Below are positions 25,186-38,369 of a stretch of DNA of 64,000 nt, one piece after another. Source of the stretch: Malacoraja senta (taxonomy: Eukaryota); the NCBI GenBank assembly GCA_038087875.1, contig CM075977.1, positions 243,102,001 through 243,166,000 of the forward strand, written 5' to 3'. The notes below the pieces were generated by a model, which saw only the letters and a list, made by a program, of their open reading frames with translations, was not told the DNA's origin and did not search any database. Made by a program: the position numbers and the translations under genes. Position 1 is the stretch's first letter. Every line of letters starts with the position of its first letter.

Positions 25186-27629
25186 TAGCAGTGGACAGCC
25201 AGAATAAATTGCATGCTCAAGTTACTGGAACAGGACCTGAACAAGTCACTATACAACTCAATAGTAACAATGTTACTTGTGAGCCCTCAGTTTAGGCATC
25301 TTTGTGTTGGTTTTTTAATACTTCCTTGCTCCAAAATGTTACATCAACCTGGTTAGGAAACTGATCCAAGCTTGTAACATCCCAAATAATTTGCCAACAA
25401 TGCTCCTTTCTAGACCAGGCCATACAAACAAGAGTAATAACCCGGCAAGAGCTTCCAATCCTCTTCACATTTAATCCAGTTAATGGCTAGAGGAAAGTTT
25501 GCACAAACATGATAAAATGTAAATCACAGAATCTCAGTGAGCGGCATATAAAGAGCATACAAACATTGTTACTGAAAAACATGAGATTAACTTCATTGCA
25601 ACGCTTGAAGCTGAGGTCTGCTTTACTTTCTTAAAGTAGTGGCATGTCCCACTTGATAATTTTCTCTGACACAGACAGACCTTCTGCTTTGTTTCTCTTC
25701 ACAGTAGCAGGTTAGTAGTTAGTCTGATATATTTTATAACACAATCCAACTGTGTCTTTCTGCTGAAAATGTGAAGTACTTGACAAAGAAACAGTATTCA
25801 AAGGTTGTGACCCTAATATGATGAACATGTGGTGCTGTCATACCTTGTACCACCATTTTTTTTTCTATTTAGCCTTGTTACAGCAGCCATACATGTCTGG
25901 CAGGAAGACAGCTGGAGGAATGTCAAACACTGGCTCCATGCTGAGTAATGGGGATGGATGCAAAAGAAGAAAGATTGAATCCAGGACTGCCTGGGGCCAG
26001 TGAGAAGGGTCTATCAGTGATGGAGAATGTTGCACATACAGATTATCAGAATAGGAAAACAACGTTTTAAAATTGTATAGAACAAGATTGAACAAATAGA
26101 TATTTGCAGTACAATGAAATCCTCTGTAATCATATTCACCCTTTAGATTCAAGGACCAGTGGAGAATAAAGGACAGAGTTTTCTTATGTCCATCAGCCTT
26201 TTGTGTTTGTTTTTGTTTAATACACTGTCGAAAGGATTGGCATCCATCTTATGTGGAATTAATTCAAAGGAAATCATTTGTACAGAGTTTCAAGTGGGGT
26301 GGGCAGCCTGAGATCTGATGGCTTGAAATCAGGCAGTCTGTATTCACCCCTCACGTTCACACTCTGCACCGACAAACGGTGGCAGCTGTTTTTGTTTTAA
26401 ATATATATTTGCAATTTGAAATGTATTTTGCTTCTCTCAGAGTGTACAACGCTAACAAAGAAATCAGTGTCCTTTGCTTCTGAAGCTTCTTAACTGCAAA
26501 GTACAGGGCCAATCATCTTAACCTCAAGTACAATTGTTCATTAATAGAAAATGTTCTGTAATCAAATTTTCCAGCATGCCCACTAAACTCTAGTTAATGA
26601 TTTGACATGGTCAAGTGCTGAGTGACCTTTACGATAGTCTACACATGCATGCACTACCTCTTCAAGGCACACTTGAATTGTTCCACTTTGTATATTTGTA
26701 AAGTAATCACTGTGACTAATGTCTTGCTGTTATAAAATATATGTCAACTGGAGGAAATACTTCACTCAAGCACACTGCAAAGTACAAGGGATCCGTTTAT
26801 CTGCACAACATTTCAAAACCTTTAAAGAAAATGTTGAATCACACTATGCATTAATGATGAGTAATACATTTAAAATTAACAGCGCCATTGAGTGTTGTAA
26901 TATCTATCTGGTTCAGTAACGCTGACTAAAAAGCAGACGGCTGATGCCAGATTGCTTGTTTTTTCTGCTGTACAAGGGTGTAATATTAAACCAGCGGATG
27001 CAGTCCCTAAGTAACGGAAAAAATAGCATGGACATCTGCAAGATTATTTAGCAAAGAAGAAACGATGAGTGTTGCAGTCTGTGTTAACTGTGCATATGGA
27101 GCTGATGCCATCCCGCAGAGTTTTGTTGCTTGGAACATATTGAGCCACATAATCAGATTCAACTGCTAATGGGAAATGTTTCACAGTGCCTAAGTAGCAC
27201 AGGCAATTGCACTCAAAAGGTAAAATTTAATCTGGCTGTTGTACTTAATGCTAAATGCCAGCAAGTCAGGGAAATCTATGAACAGCATCTAAAACTAAAG
27301 AGCTGTATTCCCATATAAGACTTTAATCTGATTTTTGGACTTAAATGTTAAAGTCCAACACGCTGAGGGAATCTTCTAATGAAATAAAATCCATTGTGAA
27401 ATCTCTCCTGGCAATTCCGCAAACCGGATTTTAGCAGGGCTTACCTCAAAGTATGAAGTGGCTGGATTCTGCTGTCATTCTTAATCTGCTGCATGAACAC
27501 AGGAGTGGGCCATTTGGCCCTTTGGTGCTTGAATCACCTTCAATTAGACTGTGGTTGATCTGTCACTTAACTCTATCCATCTGCCTTCTTCTACAACCCT
27601 CAATATCCATGCCTAACAATGAGATGTTT

Positions 27630-28285
27630 TTGTGTAGGAAGGACCTGCAGATGCTGTTTTAAACCAAAGATAGACACAAAATACTGGAGTAACTCAACGG
27701 GTCAGACAGCATCTGTGGAGAAAACGAATAGGTGACGTTTCGGGTCTAGACCCTTCTTCAGACGGAGAGTCAGGGGGAAAGGAAACAAGAGATATACTGT
27801 AGATGGTGAAATAGTGAGATATAGAACAAGTGAATGAAAAAGATATGCAAAAATAGTAACAATGATAAAGGAAACAGGCCATTGTTAGCTGTGGTAGACA
27901 AAAATGCTGGAGAAACTCAGCGGGTGAGGCAGCATCTATGGAGCGAAGGAATAGGTGATGTTTCGGGTCAAGATCTTTCTTCAGACTGCTGTGGGTGGGG
28001 GGGGGGGGGCGGGAAGAAGAAAGGAAGAGGCGGAGGCAGTAGGCTGTGGGAGAGTTGGGAAGGGCAGGGAGAGGAGGGAGAAAGCAAGGACTACCTGGAA
28101 TTGGAGGTCAATGTTCATACCGCTCCTCCAATTTGCGGTGGGACTCACTCTGGCCATGGAGAAGGCCCAGGACAGAAACGAATTGTTAGCTGTGGGCTAG
28201 GGGAAAACAAGTTACAGACAATGAGAGGGGATGTAAAGGTTACTTGAAGTTAGAGAAATGAATATTCATACCACTGGGTTGTAAT
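27630..28285 (-). mobile_element. Nested Penelope 3' fragments with two hammerhead motifs
   Basis: GACGTTTCGGGTCTAGACCCTTCTTCAGAC at about 27735-27763, a degenerate copy at about 27957-27987, and GIY-YIG C-terminal remnants. Confidence 0.85.
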
Positions 28286-28589
28286 GAAAGATTTTAGTTT
28301 AGTTTCATTTATTATTATTGCCATGTGTACAGTGAAACTTTTTTATTATGTGCTATACAGTCAAAGACAAGACCATACAATGAAATATGATTTTGCTTTT
28401 TATATTTTGGGACACTTGTATCCTCATAGTTTGCAACAGTGGACCTTTGGAATTTGGCTTTGTCTGATTAAGAATTACTATTTTATTCTGTTTTTCTGTT
28501 TAGTATTTTAATAATATGAAACCACTATTATACAAGAGTGAAGACAAATTCAGCAAAACCAGCAGGGCCATGATACACTGTAGCCTAAA

Positions 28590-28772
28590 AGGCCACAAAG
28601 TGTCGGAGTAACTCAATGGGACAGGCACCAACTCTGAAGAATTAATTCATTCTCTGAAGAATCTGAAGAAGGGTCCCGATCCAAATAATCACCTACCCAT
28701 GTTCTCCAGAGATACTGCCTGACCTGTGTGTCCTATTGTAAACCATCATCTGCCAGTTCCTTGTTTCTGCCA
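28590..28772. mobile_element. Penelope-derived short element (inverted arms)
   Basis: CTGAAGAAGGGTCCCGATCCAAATAATCACC plus an inverted 5' arm. Confidence 0.75.
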
Positions 28773-29329
28773 TATGTACTCTGTAGCCGGTCAACTGTGG
28801 CACTAGTTGTGCTTACGGTTAGATTGTAACACTATCTCTGAAACTTTAAATCTCCAAAATGCTTGCTCTGTCCTTTATAACCATCTGAACAGTGAGGCAA
28901 ATATTCCGCTACATCGTTGCACCACCTAATCTTCTGTCTGCTTCAGCACCCCCTCCCTCAATCTCCCTTCCTCCACATCTTTTCTTCCTATTACAGCTCC
29001 TTCTGCAGTAGCCCCTTCCCCCTTCCCCCTTTCGATTTTCCCGCTCTCCCCAACACCTCACCTCCATCCTCTTCCCCTTTTTCCAGCTGTTAGTCACTTA
29101 CTCTATCCCAGTGTAAAGCCACAACCTCCACTTGTCACCTGACTGCAGCCTCCTTCCCTCTTCAGGACCACCCCTAGAGATATGGTCTAGACAGACCACA
29201 GCCTGGGATTCTTCCAGGAACATTGATGTTCAACCACCCGCCTAGTAAATTGAGATGCCCAACGGCCAAGTTGGTGGGTCTCAGCATGTGATTTTCAGGC
29301 TAAGGACAAGGATTTGGGCAAGATAATTT

Positions 29330-29770
29330 GTGTGTGGTTAGTGTGTGTGTGTAAGATAGACACAAAATACTAGAATAACCCAGCGGATCAGGCAGCATCT
29401 CTGGAGAAAAGGATTAGGTGACATCTCAGGTCAGAACCCTTCTTCGGACTGTGTATGTGTGTGTTTAAGTACACACGTGTCTATGTGTAACTGTGAGTGT
29501 GATCAAAGTGTGTTTTTGTGTACACGCAGGTGTGTGCAGTCATTGCACATGTGTAGATGTGATGAGTTTAACAATGTGAGCATATGTGTGTATGTGCGTG
29601 CGTGTAAACATGTGTTTGTGGAGTTAGAGAATGTTTGCGTGGAAGTATATGTGTGTGTGGTTGGAGTATATTTTTGTATGTATGTATCTGTGTGTATGTA
29701 TGTATGTATTTTGTATGTATGTATCTGGGCATATATGTATGTATGTGTATATGTACATGTGTGCTACATT
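29330..29770. repeat. TG/TATG-rich low-complexity tract containing a Penelope-derived short element (29355-29450)
   Basis: Degenerate (TG)n/(TATG)n visible in the sequence. Confidence 0.85.
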
Positions 29771-29774
29771 CATA

Positions 29775-30010
29775 TGGAAACTAAGTGAGGTAGCAGGGTC
29801 TGGTCTCCAAATGCCTTGGCCAGAAGGCTGTGAAGACCAAGTCAGTAGATAGTTTTAAGGCAGAGATAGATAGATTCTTGCTTAGTACAGGTGACAGAGG
29901 TTATGGGGAGAAGGCAGGAGAATTGGGTTAGGATGGAGAGATAGATCAGCCATGATTGAATGGCAGAGGAGACTTGATGGGCTGAATGGCCTAATTCTAT
30001 TCCTATTCCT
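29775..30010 (+). mobile_element. CR1 LINE 3' end
   Basis: TTTTAAGGCAGAGATAGATAGATTCTTG...GGGCTGAATGGCCTAATTCT. Confidence 0.8.
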
Positions 30011-30364
30011 TAAAACCTTCTGACTTATGACCTCCTTGTCATTGTGGCAGGACTTGCACCCGTCAAGTCCATGGTGGGCAATCTTAATATAATTAATGTA
30101 CAGACATCCTACACTCATCAAAGCTGGAGTAGAACAGTCATCCACCACTGAGGCAATGCCTAAGATACAGCCACAGACACCATTTATCAGTGGGAGTGCT
30201 TCTTGCTGTGAAAATACAAAGCTTAGCAATTTTTCTGGATTTCCAAAAAAATTTGGTGGAAGTAGGTGTTCAATCAAAAACTTATTCAATTTCAAAAAGG
30301 TAGCCCCATAATGGAGACATATTGGTGAGATAACAAAATGGTGGGGGCATTAAGATGGAAGTAT

Positions 30365-30570
30365 TGTTTAAGAAGGAACTGCAGATGCTGGAAAATCGAA
30401 GGTAGACAAATATGCTGGAGAAATTCAGCGGGTGGGGCAGCATCTATGAAGCGAAGGAAATAGGTGACATTTCGCACTGAAGAAGGGTCTTGACCAGAAA
30501 CATTGCCTATTTCCTTCGCTCCATAGATGCTGTCTCACCCGCTGAGTTTCTCCAGCATTTTTGTCTACCT
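30365..30570. mobile_element. Palindromic Penelope-derived short element with hammerhead-like core
   Basis: Inverted arms GGTAGACAAATATGCTGGAG... / ...CTCCAGCATTTTTGTCTACC around CTGAAGAAGGGTCTTGACCAGAAACATT. Confidence 0.88.
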
Positions 30571-32599
30571 AATCCTTGTGGGGATGTGGGAATCAAAGTG
30601 GTATTGGAACTTAGCGGATTAGTTGGAGCATGAATGGGCAGGTAGAGAACAGTAGGTGTAAGTGTCGTGACAGGTGCAATGGAGATGTAGGGTCATCATC
30701 AGTCTAATATTCAGTTTTTGTGGCTTTGGGAAGAGCAGGTGTACTGGAGGTTCTGTGCAGCTAATAGTTAACATCTAAAAATGAATGTACTAATTGGAGG
30801 CACAAGGTAGATCCAGGAACAATAAGCCAGTCTCCCTTTGGTGAAGTTGGCCTCACTTTCATTGTGTTGGCTCATTTCTGCATGAGGTGCCTGGACATGC
30901 CATGTGCATTGAAGACCCAAAAGCAATGTGGCGTCGACCATTAACTATTCGGTTAGCATGTGGAATACAAATATTGGACTATATGCTCATGGCTGAATAG
31001 ACCTGATCACACCTCCCAGAAGCATCATTGTGATTGGGGCTTCTTTCTTGTATTAAATCAAATCCCATTTTTCTTCCAAAATAAAAAATATATATACATA
31101 CAAGAAATCTGAAATAAAACAGAAAATCATAGAAACAGAAAATCATAGACTCCTAGCAGGTCAGGCAGCATCTATGATAAAATAAACAATTAAGATTTCA
31201 GCTCTGAGACTTTTCATCTGAGACCTTTTATTGTCTGCCCTGCTGAGTGTTTCCAATATTTTCTGTTTCTGCTTTACTTCTGCCCGATTTCTCACGTCTG
31301 CTAACTGAGTGCGAATTGCACACAGCTGAAGTAACACATATAAAATCATTGGCAGCTTTGTGGCATGTCCGTATAATAGATGAGTAGCCTTATGAACAGT
31401 GTGGGCCACTAATTCTGGGGTGAATATTTTCAATGTTTATTGAATATCAATTAACCTCACATAATCACGGCAAATTTGAATGAATTGGTGCATAATGCAA
31501 TTAATAATTCTCCGCATGATAAGTTGTAAGAATATTGAATCAGGAGTGCAATATGCCTTCATTTTCTCAAGGTGCATTCCTGTAAGTACATTCCAGTTAC
31601 TTTTGATAAATAAAGAACACTGAAAAGAAAACAAAATGCTCTTTAAATAAAGAAATATGCTCAATGATAAAGAATACGACGAGCGAATGTGACCGGAGGT
31701 GATGTTACTTTGGTCTTTTTATTTGTGCATTAGTTCAGGTCTCTAAAGATTTATTTGAAACATTGAAATATTGAGAAATGCTCTTTACAAAATAAACCAG
31801 GTTAGGTTTAAAAATAAGAAGCAAAGGAAAGCTGCAAGGTATTTTTGTGTGCTGCTATACATCAGTAGTCAATAAGAGTTACTAGCAGTGCAGGAGTAAA
31901 TCGTGTTCAGTTTAGAAGCACTTAATTGTAAATCTCTCCCCTTGCTATTTCACACAGAGCAGCAGCCTTGTGATTCCTCTCCCAAGTGACTATATTTTTG
32001 GTGGTGGTTTGTACCCATTACTCCACCGGAAAATACCATTGTTTTATAAGATGTTAAAATGTCTTTTTATGTACTGTAGTTGATTAACTTTGTTCTCTAG
32101 CATCCTTTCATTAGGTTGTCTCACAGTTAGAGATACCATAACTGTTTCACTGGTATTTCTCCATGTTATGAGAAGCATTTCAGTTGAATTAGCAGTGTAG
32201 GGATGTAGGGCCATCTGGCAATCCTAATGTGCGAAAGCATTCTTCATCCTGCACTGCAGAACCTTGCATTAAAACAGTAACACTGCAACATTATTTTCAT
32301 GGCACTGATTACGCAGAATAAGCAAGTGGGAATTGCACAGTTCTGGATGTGTGGTGCCTTTGTTTTCAGATTGGCAAGCCCCACATGTTATTTTTTACAT
32401 TGTTGATCTTTATAAGGATTTATGATGCTCAATTATAGTTTAGCAGCAAAAAGCAAATGTTAGGCACTGCTTTGTTTTGACCTGACATGGAAGAGGAAAC
32501 ATTGTACATGTAAACAGAGTGAGTGTTAGTCCAAAATTAGCCGGGAAAGCATACGTCTGGCCTGAAGGGCAAAAATAACAAAATCTGACTCCTGGATAC

Positions 32600-33965
32600 A
32601 CAGGATATCTTGTTCCAAACATGAAGACAGGTTAAACTAATCTCTAATCTCCTCTGGCTGCATGTGATCCATATCCCTCCAATCCCTGTGTATGCATGTA
32701 CCTATCTAAAAACCTAGTAAATGCCACCATCATCTTTGCCTCCACCAAAACATGCCCCATACAGCTCCATTAAATGTTTAAGAAGGAACTGCAGATGCTG
32801 GAAAATTGTCTACCTTCCATTAAATGTTGTGCCTCTTACTTTAAAGCTATGTCCTCAAGTCTTTGACATTTCCACCCTGAGTTTATTTACCCTATATACC
32901 CCTCTCATAATTTTATATACTTCTATCAGGTCTCTGCTAAGCCTCCAATGCTGCAAAGAAAGCAATCCAAGTTTATCCAACCTTATAGCTAGGAAAGGCA
33001 CAAAATGCTGGAATAACTCAGCAAGTCAGGCAGCATCCCTGGAGAACATGGATAGGCGATGTTTTGGGTTGGGACCCTTCTCCCTTCCCTAACATTCTCC
33101 CAGTGATGACCCCTTTCTCCTGTCTCCAACATTCTAAGGCTGAAGAAGGGTCCCGATCCAAAACATCACCTATCCATGTCCTCCAGAGATGCTACCTATG
33201 TTGAGTTACTCCAGTATGTTGTGCCTTTCCTTGGTAAACCATCACCTACAGTTCCTTATTTCTACTTCTCTCCTTATAGCTAATACGCTCTAATCCAGGT
33301 GACATTTTGGTAAACCTCTACTGCACCATCTCTAAAGTCCCAACCCTTCCGATAATGGTGCTAATCAAAATATTTCTTAAATGTTATGACAGTAACTGGC
33401 TCCACCATCATATCAGTCAGATTTCAACAAAATTCTCAGTTAAACAATTCTTCATCTGCCCCCTTGATATAGACACCTTTGCCATGGGAAAATGTTTCTT
33501 ACAGTTTCCCCTGGTTACATATATCCCTCATTTATCTATATACCTCATTCAGGCCTGCCCTCAGCCATCTCTGCTCAAAGGAAAACAAGCCCAGCCTATG
33601 TCTTTCTCCTCATAACTAAAATGTTCCATACCACGCAAAATCCTCGTGAATTTCCTCTGCACTCTCCAGGGCAATCATGTCCTTCCTTTAGTTTGATGAT
33701 CGAAACTGGACAGAGTACTCCAGCTGTGCCCTACTAATTTTTTTATGAAGTTTTACCATGACCTCTCTGCTTTTATATTCTAAGCCTCAGCTAATGAAGA
33801 CAAATATATGTTATGTTATCTTAACTACCCTAACTAGCTGTGCTGCTGCCTTCAGGGGATTTTAAATATGTACAAGGCCCTTGTGTTCCATGGTTCTTAC
33901 TTGGATCCTACCATTCATTGTGTAAATCCTAACATTACTAGTCCACCCAAAATGCACCTTTACTG
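32600..33965 (-). mobile_element. Old CR1 fragments with nested Penelope-derived inverted element (32990-33265)
   Basis: Reverse-complement CR1 ORF2 signatures (TTTTATATACTTCTATCAGGTC). CTGAAGAAGGGTCCCGATCCAAAACATC lies at about 33140. Confidence 0.7.
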
Positions 33966-34066
33966 ATCCCAACCACCAATACATAATCTGCAGCCTTCTA
34001 TATCCTGGCAATTTATCCAAATCTAAATATTTCTGAATTATTTAATTCCAGTCAAGTTGAGTTTAT

Positions 34067-34279
34067 GTGTAGGAAAGAACTGCAGATGCTGGTTTAAATC
34101 AAAGGTAGACACAAAATGCTGGAGTAACTCAGCGGGTAAGGCAGCATCTCTGCAGAGAAAGAATGGGTGACGTTTTGGGTCGGGTCTGAAGAATGGTCTC
34201 GACCTGAAACATCACCCATTCCTTCTCTCCAGAGATGCTGCCTGACCCGCTGAGTTACTCCAGCATTTTGTGTCTACCT
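34067..34279. mobile_element. Palindromic Penelope-derived short element with 15-bp TSD
   Basis: TSD TCAAGTTGAGTTTAT at 34052-34066 and 34280-34294. Core CTGAAGAATGGTCTCGACCTGAAACATC. Confidence 0.92.
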
Positions 34280-35184
34280 TCAAGTTGAGTTTATTGTCTT
34301 TTGCAAAAGTATGATGAGCTGCAGGGCAAGGGAAATCTTGTTGGCCACACATGGGCTTCTTAACTCAGCCAAACAAACAAAAACTAACTATGCATAAATT
34401 ATACATACATTGCATGTTAATTCTGCAAGACAGTAAAAAGAAGGAAAAAAAAGACTGCAAACAAAACAAGAGATTCGGTCTCCATCACCCACTTGGGCAA
34501 TGCATTTCAGATTCCAAAGACCTCTGGGTGATAAAGTTCTGCCTCAAATGCCCAATAAATCTCTTTGGCCATTACCCATGCCCTTAAGTTGATGCCATCT
34601 CAGGTAGTCCCTCAAGGTCGACAATTACTTGATTTCACTCCAGTCCGTTGGTTCCATGATGACTGATGAGGTCAATGTGGAACCATAAACTTTGCCACAG
34701 GAAAGACGGAGTCCTTGAGAGGGAACTTGGCTGAGGATAGGGGGGAGGTGGGAAGATAGATCACCTGTTTTGGTGGTGGGTTAGGGTATTTTCTCATCCA
34801 GGGACAAAAAATAGCTCTTGAGATTTCTGATGATTGATGTTTAATAGAAAATCCAGAACCAAAAGAACTAATGATGAGTGATAAAATGCACAATAGGCCC
34901 AGTATCTCACTATAAGCCAAGACATGTATGAAGACTTCAGCACTGTAAAACCTGACCATTGGACCAAACTCCCAATGCCCAACCTTGCTGAGAGTCAAAA
35001 ATAGAAGTGACAATTTAAAGGGCAGAGAGCCAGTCAGTGTCTGCTGGAAGAAACACATCAAAGAACTCCTCAACTGTAACTCTGGACTAGATGTGGTCCT
35101 AGTATAGATGTTTGGTTACTTGGAGGGAAATATAATGGTCATGACATTCCCAACATTCAGCTGAACTTTTCCTTCTAAATGATT

Positions 35185-35890
35185 TTCATTTAGAGATGCA
35201 ATGTAGATACAGGCACCCGACCCACTGAGTCCATGCTAATCAGCGATCACCCGTACACTAGTTTTATGTTATCCCAGTTTTGCATCCTGCACACTTGGGG
35301 AAATTTACAGAGGTCAATTAATGTACAAACCTACACATCTTTGAAAAGTGGGAGAAAACCAGAGCACCTGGTGAAAACCCACGAGGTCACAGTGAGAACG
35401 TACAAACAGCACCCATAGTCAGGTTCGAACCTGGGTCATTTGTAAGGCACTAACTCTACTGCCATGCATCTGTGCCACTGATGGTAATGATCATGACTTC
35501 TTTATTTTGCGCACCCTTATTTGTGCACAGGTTATTGATGTGAGTGGTGTGCCTGATCTTATTGCAGTTAAATATTGAGGATGCAATTAAGAGACAGGAA
35601 AATTGGTGTATTTGGAGTGATATGTAGGCTGGTTTAGTTTAAGTTTGTTTAGTTACAAATAGGCCCTTCAGCTCACACCGACCAGTGATCCCCGCACAAT
35701 AACACTATCATACACACACTAGGGACAATTTTACCAAACCAGTTAGCCTACCAACCTGTACGTCTTCAGAGTGTGGGAGGAAACCAAAGGTCCCGGAGCA
35801 AATCCATGCAGTTCAGGGTGTAAACTCCATACAGACAGCACGGATTGAACCCGGGTCTCTGGTTGTGTAAGGCAGCAATGGCAGCAAACG
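35185..35890 (-). mobile_element. Two tRNA-derived SINE copies (about 35185-35480 and 35632-35890)
   Basis: Reverse complement of the SINE at 17505. Confidence 0.8.
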
Positions 35891-35904
35891 CACCAACCGC
35901 AGCA

Positions 35905-35990
35905 ACCTCACCACCTCACCACCTCACCACCTCACCACCTCTCCACCTCTCCACCTCTCCACCTCTCCACCTCTCCATCTCTCCATCTCT
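35905..35990. repeat. (CCTCACCA)n to (CCTCTCCA)n 8-bp microsatellite
   Basis: Directly visible. Confidence 0.95.
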
Positions 35991-37501
35991 TTAACAAGCC
36001 AGTTGGGTTTCTACAACAACTAGTTTGCTTTCACTGAAACTACATTTTATTCCACTTTGTTTAATTATTTCAATTAAATTCCCCAGATGCCATTAGCTCA
36101 ATGGTCCAGAAGTTGGGTTGCTAATCCAATAATCTAATTGTTAAACTTTTACAGAATGATGTCTTTAAACAATTGCTTTCTCTGTTCATCCACATCCTTC
36201 AATGCTGTAAATTGAATTTATGCTTCCAGCTCTCATTTTGTTTTGTTTCCTAGCTCTTCTGGGTTAACAATTCATATTCGGTGGAAGAAAATATTAATAT
36301 CCTTTCTTACTTAATTTTGATTGGAATTGAACAAGGTAACAAAAGGGTGTTTGGATGTGACAATTGGCATCTCTCGTTGACCAGGTGTGGAAGAGGTCCG
36401 TGGGAATTGGCAAAGTAAGATTAGACATATTACCTCTTGACTAGGAATGTGTTGAAGGGTGGATGGTAAATGTAAACATGAATAGTAGACAGAGATAAGG
36501 AAGTTTGTTTCTCTCAGCAGTCTGTTACATTAGACCACCATCGCCCCCTACCGCTAGTAGATACGTTGCAGTAAACGGGGGCGATGATTGGCTCGGATAG
36601 GGGATGGTGCGCGGTCCGCCTAAAAGGTGAGATAGAATAATGTCAAGATGCCCTTGTATTGTGTTTGACTTGTATTAACCATCTGTTGATGAATAAGATT
36701 GACATAAACAAAAAGTATGTTATGACTAATGAAATAATTGGTACCCATGTAGTAGATAGTTTATTGTCATATAGTTGTATCTAACAAAAAACAAAAGTTG
36801 TTTACTGCACAGTAAAACTGTCAGCTAATTCTGCTATGAAGTCAGGGAACTTGTGAGCAGTCAACTGCCGCCATCTCTCCATGATATCATGCAATATAGT
36901 CTCTTGAAGCAAACCTGCAAGGTCTCCGCATTTCATTTTTCTTTAATTTCCCTCTAAATTAATCTCTTTCACAATTGTAAATTGAACTCTTTTAAACTGT
37001 TTACATCAGACTAGATCCAGCCCCCTCAGATCTAATTATTAAATGATCCCAAACACTTTCTCCCATTCTGCAGAGCCCTGAAGCAGATTACTGGGATCCT
37101 CTCAATGGTAGATTAGCAGAATCCCTTCAGAATACCCTGAGCTCAAAAACAAGAATTTATCTTTGAACATTATACATCAACATGGATTCCCCCCAAAAAA
37201 TAAACATCGGGACTTTGTAGTAGCATGTACCTGTGAGAATATAGATCTGCAGGGGATGCGCTATGTGTAACAAGGAATAAAAAAAAAAGTTTATGTAATT
37301 TTACTTCGGAGTCACGTGAGTGACTACGTGAAGAACCCCACCAGGACGCATGCATGTCATATATCGCTACACACATTGCGAAACAGTCACGGTGGAACGA
37401 CGTTCCCCCTCAGCGGCAAAGTTTAAAAGCCGGGAACTACAGGTAAGTGATACTCTGCGTTCTTTTTGTTTTCTACATCCTGTCTTACAGGTGTAGAGTC
37501 A

Positions 37502-38352
37502 ATGGACAAAACGAGGAAAACCAAGAAGGATGCTCCAAAGCTGAAGAGGGGTTTCCAGAACAAACATCAAGTGTGCGAGGGGTGCAGGAAGACCAAAATC
37601 TACTGGACATGGTGTCCCAATTCATACAGCCAGACCAAACTGGCCAAAACCTGGAACCAAAACTAGCTGCCAGTATTGACTATATGTCATTTAAGCAGCT
37701 ACAGGAACAGGCTGTATTGGACACCACGGCAAGACATTTGCCACCAGGGAACTGTACATCCCTGAATGTTCCCATTGTAAATAATTGCATATGGAAACAC
37801 GTCGGAGCAGGAGTTAGAGGCATGGATGTCAAACTCCAAAAAGTACTAAAGCTCCTAACAACGGGAATAACAGCTTTCGCCCGGACAGTAGATGAAAAGG
37901 AGATGTCGCAGAATCAACAGGATGCACTGGCACTCCTCTGTAATACCCAATTCGAAATTAACGTCATCAGGAAGAGTGCCATCCGACCTGCTTTAAACCC
38001 GAAATTTGCAGGTCTGTGCAAACCTGGAAACATAAAACCACCAATTTTACTATTTGGAGGTAACCTATCCAAACAAGTCAAAGAGCTTGATGAGGAGGCA
38101 AAAACCCTGGGGCTCATCAAAGCGACATCATCAAAACCCTACTATGGTCATAAACAGCACCCTTATGCACCCACCAGTAGAACAAGACAAACTGGTGAAA
38201 GCTCAAAGGCCAGGTACACTGCACATGGGTCCTTTTTAGGCCATGGCCCAGACCGGCCTTCGAGGAAGATGCGCAAACCCCCAACGCCAACCCAACCACA
38301 AACCCAGACACCGGCGCCTCAACCTCCACGAAGGATTCACAAAAGGAAGTAA
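37502..38352 (+). pseudogene. gag: DIRS gag-like ORF1 (copy C)
   Basis: Homologous to ORF 46324-47490 (NCTSLNVP.VN..IW; AIRPALNPKFA). ATG 37502 is out of frame because of an internal deletion. Confidence 0.85.
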
Positions 38353-38369
38353 ACCAGCCACTGGTATCT

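Noticed and set aside
29459-29852. Cys/Val/Tyr-rich ORFs
   Set aside because: Translation of TG/TATG microsatellite.
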